DNA of 20,000 bases from an uncultured virus (IMG/VR IMGVR_UViG_3300034374_010562). Its lineage: Duplodnaviria > Heunggongvirae > Uroviricota > Caudoviricetes. Position numbers and translations under genes: made by a program. The notes beneath the pieces are model-generated. The model did not search any database and was not told where the DNA came from. It saw nothing but the letters and a program-made list of their open reading frames with translations. The stretch lies in the IMG/VR virus record IMGVR_UViG_3300034374_010562, one strand, 5' to 3'. This document shows, in pieces, positions 15,638 through 20,000 of the stretch; the stretch's first letter is position 1; each line of letters starts with the position of its first letter.

Positions 15638-15815
15638 TTTCTTCTGTTTTTTCATACCATTTCGGGTTAGGTAGTCCCGAATAAAAATCCCATTCATCGT
15701 CAGGTAATAACCTGACCTTTTCATATGTTTTGTCAGCTTTGTCAGGTAATACACTTACTGTTTCACCTGAGAGACATTGTTCGTCTTCTCTATCTTTACT
15801 ATACTGTCTGCCCAT
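15582..15815 (-). CDS. Possible small protein with EWDFYSGLPNPKWY motif (start uncertain)
   Basis: Occupies the 117-nt gap between SbcC and the epimerase ATG in another frame; the motif looks protein-like, but the only ATG lies about 60 nt inside SbcC. Confidence 0.4.
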   Translation of the reverse strand: MGRQYSKDREDEQCLSGETVSVLPDKADKTYEKVRLLPDDEWDFYSGLPNPKWYEKTEENEYIGNRWSGVCRFKPYR

Positions 15816-18130
15816 TGGCTGACCATAGGATTGTGGGTTATAACGAGAATCTTCTCAAAGTAGTCTTTAATCTTATGGAAAAACTCTGAAACCATCTCCA
15901 AGTTTTCGTTTGATATTTTACCGAATGTTTCATCAAAGACCACCACATTTGGTTTCGGTAAAGAACAAACCTTACTTAATACTGAACGAAGTGCCAGTGA
16001 TGCAATTGTTCTTTCATATCCTGAACCTGAAGCCATAAGTTTCTCAATACCTGTGTTGTTGTCCACCATCCAGAACTCCACCTCATCTTTGTCAGAGATA
16101 CGAACCTCCAACTTAAACTCAGCCGAGTCCATAAGTAATCGTTGCAATTCTGAGTTAATCACCGGTGTCATGTTTCTCATAATCATCTTTGAGATACCCT
16201 TCTTACCGAATAGTTCCAAATACACTTTATACACCTGAAGTTTTTCTTCTTCCTCTTTGATTTTGGCGATGAACCCTTCAGCCTCTTTAATCTTCTCCTT
16301 ATAGGATTTGATGTTGTGGTTTGATGTTGAGATGTTGAGGTTTATTTGGTCCTTCTCACGGTTAAGTTCCTCCAACCTCATATCGGCTTTCAATAACGTC
16401 GCATCAATCTTATTGTTCTCCTCAACTTTCTTTTGGTCCCTTTCAAAACGTGATAGTTTATCTTTAACTGACTCCAACTTATTCTGTTGTGACTCCAATT
16501 GAATCTCAAACTTCTCCTTAATAAGTTTGTTTCTCTCATATAAGTCAAACTCCTTTTTAAGGTCCACAAAAGATTGCTCTTCTTTGGTATACCCCTCAAT
16601 TAATATTTGAGAATTGGAGATGGAGATGTTTAAATCATCCAACTCTTTCTTTCTCTTCTCAGAATAATCTGAACTACCCAACTCGATACCACAATATTGA
16701 CATTGTAGACCTCCCTCAAATCCTTTCAATTCTTCGGTAATGTCTTGGTGTTTGGATTCTGATGTACCCAATTTTACTTTCTCCTCAGAAAGTTTCTCCT
16801 TCACCTCATCATGCTTGTCCTCATGATAATACTCTGACGGTTCTTTAACAACAACGTTTTTCAAATCCATCTCAGTCAAAGTAATCTTCCCTTCCATCTC
16901 AGCAATCTCTCGCTTTAGATTGTCAGGGTTTACTCGCAACAACTCTTCATCCAAACCTGTATGTTTTTGCTGAAGTATCGTATCACGATATTCTTGACCT
17001 TTGATGATTCTCTCATTCACATCTGCAAGCTGGTTGGTGTATTCTGCAATATTGCTTTTCTCTTCCTTAATTTTCTCATTGTAACCTTCAATGTTTCCGT
17101 TAAGGGTTTCCACATCATACAGATTTGAAACCATTCTCTTTTGAAAGTTTGATGTCATCTCTTTGGCAACATCTTCCTTCAGTTTGAGTGAATCCAACCC
17201 TAAGAACCGTGACAATACCTGACCTCTGGCCGTAGGTTTTGCTTCAATTAATTCTTCAAGGTTTGTTGCGGTGGTAAGAATGGTCATCAAAAAGTCATCC
17301 ATCGTTCCAATGGATTTTTTGATGAATTCTTCCGTTTCCCGTCTTTGTTCTCCGGTAAAGTTTAATAGACTACCGTCCGCAAGTTTTTTGAAGAAATCCA
17401 ATGACGTGCTCACAGTGTAACCGTCACCACTTCTCTTTTTCTTACGATTAACCTCTCGGATAATAATGTAGTCCTCACCATCGATTCTTACCTCACCTTT
17501 AACACTGACCTTATCCTTGTCTCTAAATCTGTTAAAGATTTCTTCTGCTTTATTCGTCTTTGTTGTCTGGTTGAAGAATAAGAACAGAAGGAGGTCCACA
17601 GTCAATACCGTCTTACCCCCAAAGTTTGGTGGGTTCGACTCCACAGTAGATATCCCATTGATTTTATCAAAGTCTAAAACTTGATTGTCCCCAAAAGATA
17701 AGAAGTTTGAAAACTCAATCTTCTTAATATACCACTTCTTAAATGGTGTGATGTCAGCCTTTTGCTCAGCAACAGATGCTTCGACTTGCTTGTCCATCTC
17801 AACCACTCGGTCATAATACTTTTCCAATCCGTTGGCCTCCAAGAATTTCTTCATCAAACTTCTTTGGAAGTTCTCATCCAAGATATTCATAGACACATCA
17901 ACAGACTGAATCTCTGTTTCCTCAGTTTTCACTTTGGTAACCACATTGACATTGGTGGAGTTGTATTTCTTGGTGAAATACGCTCTGACCCTTTTGATTC
18001 TTTCTTGTGTGAAGTTATCGGGGGTGTCCTCCCACACTACTTGAATGTAAGGGTTAACCAAGTCTTCTGTCTTTAGTTTATGACTCATGTAAGTGTAATT
18101 AAGTTCTTTCGGTGGATTGAACAAATCCAT
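15755..18130 (-). CDS. sbcC: SbcC/Rad50/T4 gp46-like SMC-family ATPase with N-terminal extension
   Basis: IKKIEFSNFLSFG start of head domain, Walker A PNFGGKT, coiled coils around a CQYC zinc hook, signature SGSGYE, Walker B VVVFDE, H-loop VITHN. Confidence 0.93.
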   Translation of the reverse strand: MDLFNPPKELNYTYMSHKLKTEDLVNPYIQVVWEDTPDNFTQERIKRVRAYFTKKYNSTNVNVVTKVKTEETEIQSVDVSMNILDENFQRSLMKKFLEANGLEKYYDRVVEMDKQVEASVAEQKADITPFKKWYIKKIEFSNFLSFGDNQVLDFDKINGISTVESNPPNFGGKTVLTVDLLLFLFFNQTTKTNKAEEIFNRFRDKDKVSVKGEVRIDGEDYIIIREVNRKKKRSGDGYTVSTSLDFFKKLADGSLLNFTGEQRRETEEFIKKSIGTMDDFLMTILTTATNLEELIEAKPTARGQVLSRFLGLDSLKLKEDVAKEMTSNFQKRMVSNLYDVETLNGNIEGYNEKIKEEKSNIAEYTNQLADVNERIIKGQEYRDTILQQKHTGLDEELLRVNPDNLKREIAEMEGKITLTEMDLKNVVVKEPSEYYHEDKHDEVKEKLSEEKVKLGTSESKHQDITEELKGFEGGLQCQYCGIELGSSDYSEKRKKELDDLNISISNSQILIEGYTKEEQSFVDLKKEFDLYERNKLIKEKFEIQLESQQNKLESVKDKLSRFERDQKKVEENNKIDATLLKADMRLEELNREKDQINLNISTSNHNIKSYKEKIKEAEGFIAKIKEEEEKLQVYKVYLELFGKKGISKMIMRNMTPVINSELQRLLMDSAEFKLEVRISDKDEVEFWMVDNNTGIEKLMASGSGYERTIASLALRSVLSKVCSLPKPNVVVFDETFGKISNENLEMVSEFFHKIKDYFEKILVITHNPMVSQWADSIVKIEKTNNVSQVKQ

Positions 18131-18131
18131 T

Positions 18132-18365
18132 TTATAGTTTGATTTCTAACGGGGTATTTTCGTCGTCTGTAGGTAATTCAGGAGCCGTCATATCCAATTC
18201 AACAGTTTCACTTTCCTGTTGTGCACGGAATGCCTCCATTTGTTTTTCCATCTCTTCTTGCCATAGTCGTTGCATTTGATTCTGCATACCACGAACTTTT
18301 TGATTTCTCGCTTGAACTCTCTTACGGTGAGCCTTCGCCCCACCTCTTAATTTAGATTTCGCCAT
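18132..18365 (-). CDS. Hypothetical protein, basic N-terminus and acidic C-terminus (77 aa)
   Basis: MAKSKLRGGAKAHRKRV...; stop 1 nt before the sbcC start. Confidence 0.75.
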   Translation of the reverse strand: MAKSKLRGGAKAHRKRVQARNQKVRGMQNQMQRLWQEEMEKQMEAFRAQQESETVELDMTAPELPTDDENTPLEIKL

Positions 18366-18391
18366 AGTTATATAATAATAAGTTTACGTTT

Positions 18392-18598
18392 ATGAGAAGT
18401 ATAATCACAAAATTTATGAATAACAAGTGGGTTAAACTTGTTTTTTCAATTTCAATCATCATCTCATCTATCCCTTCTATTATAGTGGATTTTCAGGGAG
18501 GAGTCAACAACGGGTGGCACCATTATGGGATGTTATTAGTCGGTATAAACTACTTTTTAGAATCCCTATTATGGGTATTAGACCTATGGAAAAAATAG
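18392..18598 (+). CDS. Small two-TM membrane protein (68 aa)
   Basis: Hydrophobic segments WVKLVFSISIIISSIPSIIV and YGMLLVGINYFLESLLWVL with a WHHYG loop; overlaps the CorA-like start by 13 nt. Confidence 0.65.
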   Translation: MRSIITKFMNNKWVKLVFSISIIISSIPSIIVDFQGGVNNGWHHYGMLLVGINYFLESLLWVLDLWKK

Positions 18599-18996
18599 AA
18601 CTATTCAAAAAACAGATTGCCGTGTTGGAGAAAGGATTACAATCCAACCACCCTGATTTTGACGAGATGGACCTTTACCGTATCAAAAAAGATATGTTAA
18701 TGTTTAAGTTGGAAAACCCTAACAATACTGAGATTGATACTCTTCTTCAGTTGATGGATAATTTGGACACCGCTTTTGATAAGGACCAGCAAGAAAAAAT
18801 GAACCATAAGTTAAATCTATTAACTGTATGGTCCACTATATTCTTACCTCTGTCGTTCTACACAGGAATGTGGGGAATGAACTTTGATGATGTCCCTCTA
18901 CTAAATGGTGACAACGGATTCTGGATATTCGCAGGACTTACCGCTATAACCATCATTGTTATGTTTACTTATTTTAAGAAACATAAGTGGTTTTAA
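18586..18996 (+). CDS. corA: Miniature CorA-family divalent-cation channel (136 aa; start moved to MEKIEL)
   Basis: MNHKLNLLTVWSTIFLPLSFYTGMWGMNF..P (GMN selectivity motif), second TM and basic tail FKKHKWF; the large N-terminal cytosolic domain is missing. Confidence 0.88.
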   Translation: MEKIELFKKQIAVLEKGLQSNHPDFDEMDLYRIKKDMLMFKLENPNNTEIDTLLQLMDNLDTAFDKDQQEKMNHKLNLLTVWSTIFLPLSFYTGMWGMNFDDVPLLNGDNGFWIFAGLTAITIIVMFTYFKKHKWF

Positions 18997-19322
18997 GACT
19001 CAAAGTGTTCAACAATCGTATTGATTGCCCATACACCTCCTGAGGCCAACATCCCATCAAAGAAGATTGCTGGAATTACTGGTAGTCCCAACTGCGTTCC
19101 AAAGAACGAGTAAACAAACGCACCCATAAAGAACCCAACCCATGTTGAACCACACATCATGCAAGTGATGATGCCGTGAATAAATTTGAATAATGGTGAA
19201 ATCCATGGCCATTCACCTTCGGCAACTTTTCCAATGTTATCACGGAAACCTTTGAAGATACTTCCGTAAACAATAATTTGTGTCATACCATAAGCGGCAA
19301 TCAACCACGCTAATAAAATCAT
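18993..19322 (-). CDS. DUF1360-like membrane protein (109 aa)
   Basis: Hydrophobic protein with IFKGFRD and ITCMMCGSTWVG (CxxCxSxW), the DUF1360 pattern. Confidence 0.65.
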   Translation of the reverse strand: MILLAWLIAAYGMTQIIVYGSIFKGFRDNIGKVAEGEWPWISPLFKFIHGIITCMMCGSTWVGFFMGAFVYSFFGTQLGLPVIPAIFFDGMLASGGVWAINTIVEHFES

Positions 19323-19323
19323 A

Positions 19324-20000
19324 CTACTTTCTTTTTAATTCATCGTTTAAATTTGTGGAGTTCAAAAATGTTGCTCTCTGATTTTTAAACTCGTTATCCA
19401 ATTCTAACATAATCTTCTCATATTGTGAAATGGATTTTTCTTTTTCTCTTAATTCTTCTCTGAGTTTTTGAATGGTGCTTTGTAACCCTTTAAGTTTTTC
19501 AGGGTCACCGTTCCCTTTAACTTCCTTAATTACCTCAACGGGTACTTCTTTAATGATTTCGACCTCTTTGATGACCTCGATTTCCTTAATAAGCTCTTTA
19601 GGTTTCTCCTCCAAAAGAACTTCCAACTCAGATAGTTGCTCCTCCAATTTTTTCTTTTCAGTATTTGCATTCTTCAGTTTCGTGCTATATGTTTTGTTTG
19701 ACTTCTCCAACTTGGCAAGTTTTCCGCCGAGTTCCTTTACCTGTTCATCATCAGTGATGTAAACCTCTTTCGTTACCACCTTCTCAACTGGTTTCTCCAC
19801 CTCAACAATCTTTTCTACTTCTTTGATTACCTCCACAGGTTTTTCAACCTCCACGATAACCTCTTTCTCCACTACCTTTTCGACAATCTTCTCAACTGGT
19901 ATCTCTTTGGTGATGACCTTCTCGACCTCTTTAATGACTTCTACTGGGACTTCAACCTCAACGACCTTCTCCACCACCTTTTCTACCGGAACCTCAACCC
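19324..20000 (-). CDS. V/E/K/P-repeat (VEVPVEKIVEK) protein with coiled-coil C-terminus; N-terminus lies beyond the window
   Basis: Frame stays open past 19977 to the edge (...VEVPVEKVVEK...); many tandem degenerate EKxVEVP/VIKEVE units. Confidence 0.85.
   Translation of the reverse strand, partial: VEVPVEKVVEKVVEVEVPVEVIKEVEKVITKEIPVEKIVEKVVEKEVIVEVEKPVEVIKEVEKIVEVEKPVEKVVTKEVYITDDEQVKELGGKLAKLEKSNKTYSTKLKNANTEKKKLEEQLSELEVLLEEKPKELIKEIEVIKEVEIIKEVPVEVIKEVKGNGDPEKLKGLQSTIQKLREELREKEKSISQYEKIMLELDNEFKNQRATFLNSTNLNDELKRK

Noticed and set aside
11918..15716. Shared CCTGAC/GTCAGG arms in the hairpins at 11918 and 15699 as a repeat family
   Set aside because: Only a 6-bp match with arms in swapped order; compatible with chance.
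15638..15754. 39-aa N-terminal extension of the epimerase as the annotated start
   Set aside because: SDR epimerases begin just before the GxxGxxG strand (MNILVTGG); the extension has no recognisable features (kept only as a speculative readthrough note).
18514..18585. Upstream frame as remains of a frameshifted full-length CorA
   Set aside because: Only about 220 bp separate it from the divergent gene, and this holds a hydrophobic two-TM ORF unlike the soluble CorA N-domain.
970..19762. Short shadow ORFs in the track (e.g. 970-1152, 1320-1589, 3019-3225, 3268-3480, 3543-3746, 3994-4242, 4160-4492, 5420-5698, 5758-6054, 7692-7895, 7865-8050, 8038-8286, 9172-9387, 9565-9774, 13006-13230, 14633-14995, 16053-16599, 17762-18076, 19472-19762)
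   Set aside because: Largely nested in, or antisense to, better-supported genes; composition (often S/F/L-rich) mirrors the E/K-rich sense codons.
1..20000. Alternative genetic code (TAG/TGA recoding seen in some large phages)
   Set aside because: Coding density is near complete under code 11; recognised proteins are full length, and TAG (13684, 19324) and TGA (14326, 7991) end genes at sensible places.
1..20000. CRISPR array, tRNA, rRNA, integrase or transposase
   Set aside because: Intergenic gaps are nearly all under 120 bp; no regularly spaced repeat-spacer units, cloverleafs or recombinase motifs seen.

Overview
Gene-dense, AT-rich, mostly minus-strand segment that reads as part of a large (jumbo-type) tailed dsDNA phage genome, most likely of a Bacteroidota host: it has TTTG-N20-TAnnTTTG promoters, a compact sigma-70 lacking region 1.1 and an Hc1/histone-H1-like protein. 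Standard genetic code. Left to right: a partial DnaJ, small hypothetical genes, an H1-like protein, two large acidic modular proteins (probable head/internal proteins, one with a DUF5661-like domain), a putative lysis block (spanin-like protein, Amidase_2, multi-pass membrane protein), a sigma-70, an EF-hand protein, an AT-rich PD-(D/E)xK nuclease plus N4/N6 methyltransferase cassette bracketed by a 40-bp promoter/stem-loop direct repeat, dCMP deaminase, an NAD-dependent epimerase, an SbcC/Rad50/gp46-like ATPase, a miniature CorA with a small membrane partner, a DUF1360-like protein and a VEVPVEK-repeat protein. Highlights: the repeat-flanked cassette, the mini-CorA, a motif shared by putative virion proteins, a spanin-like protein with a terminal beta-signal, two promoter classes, and apparent total absence of GATC. 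Family calls come from motif recognition by eye, not database searches.
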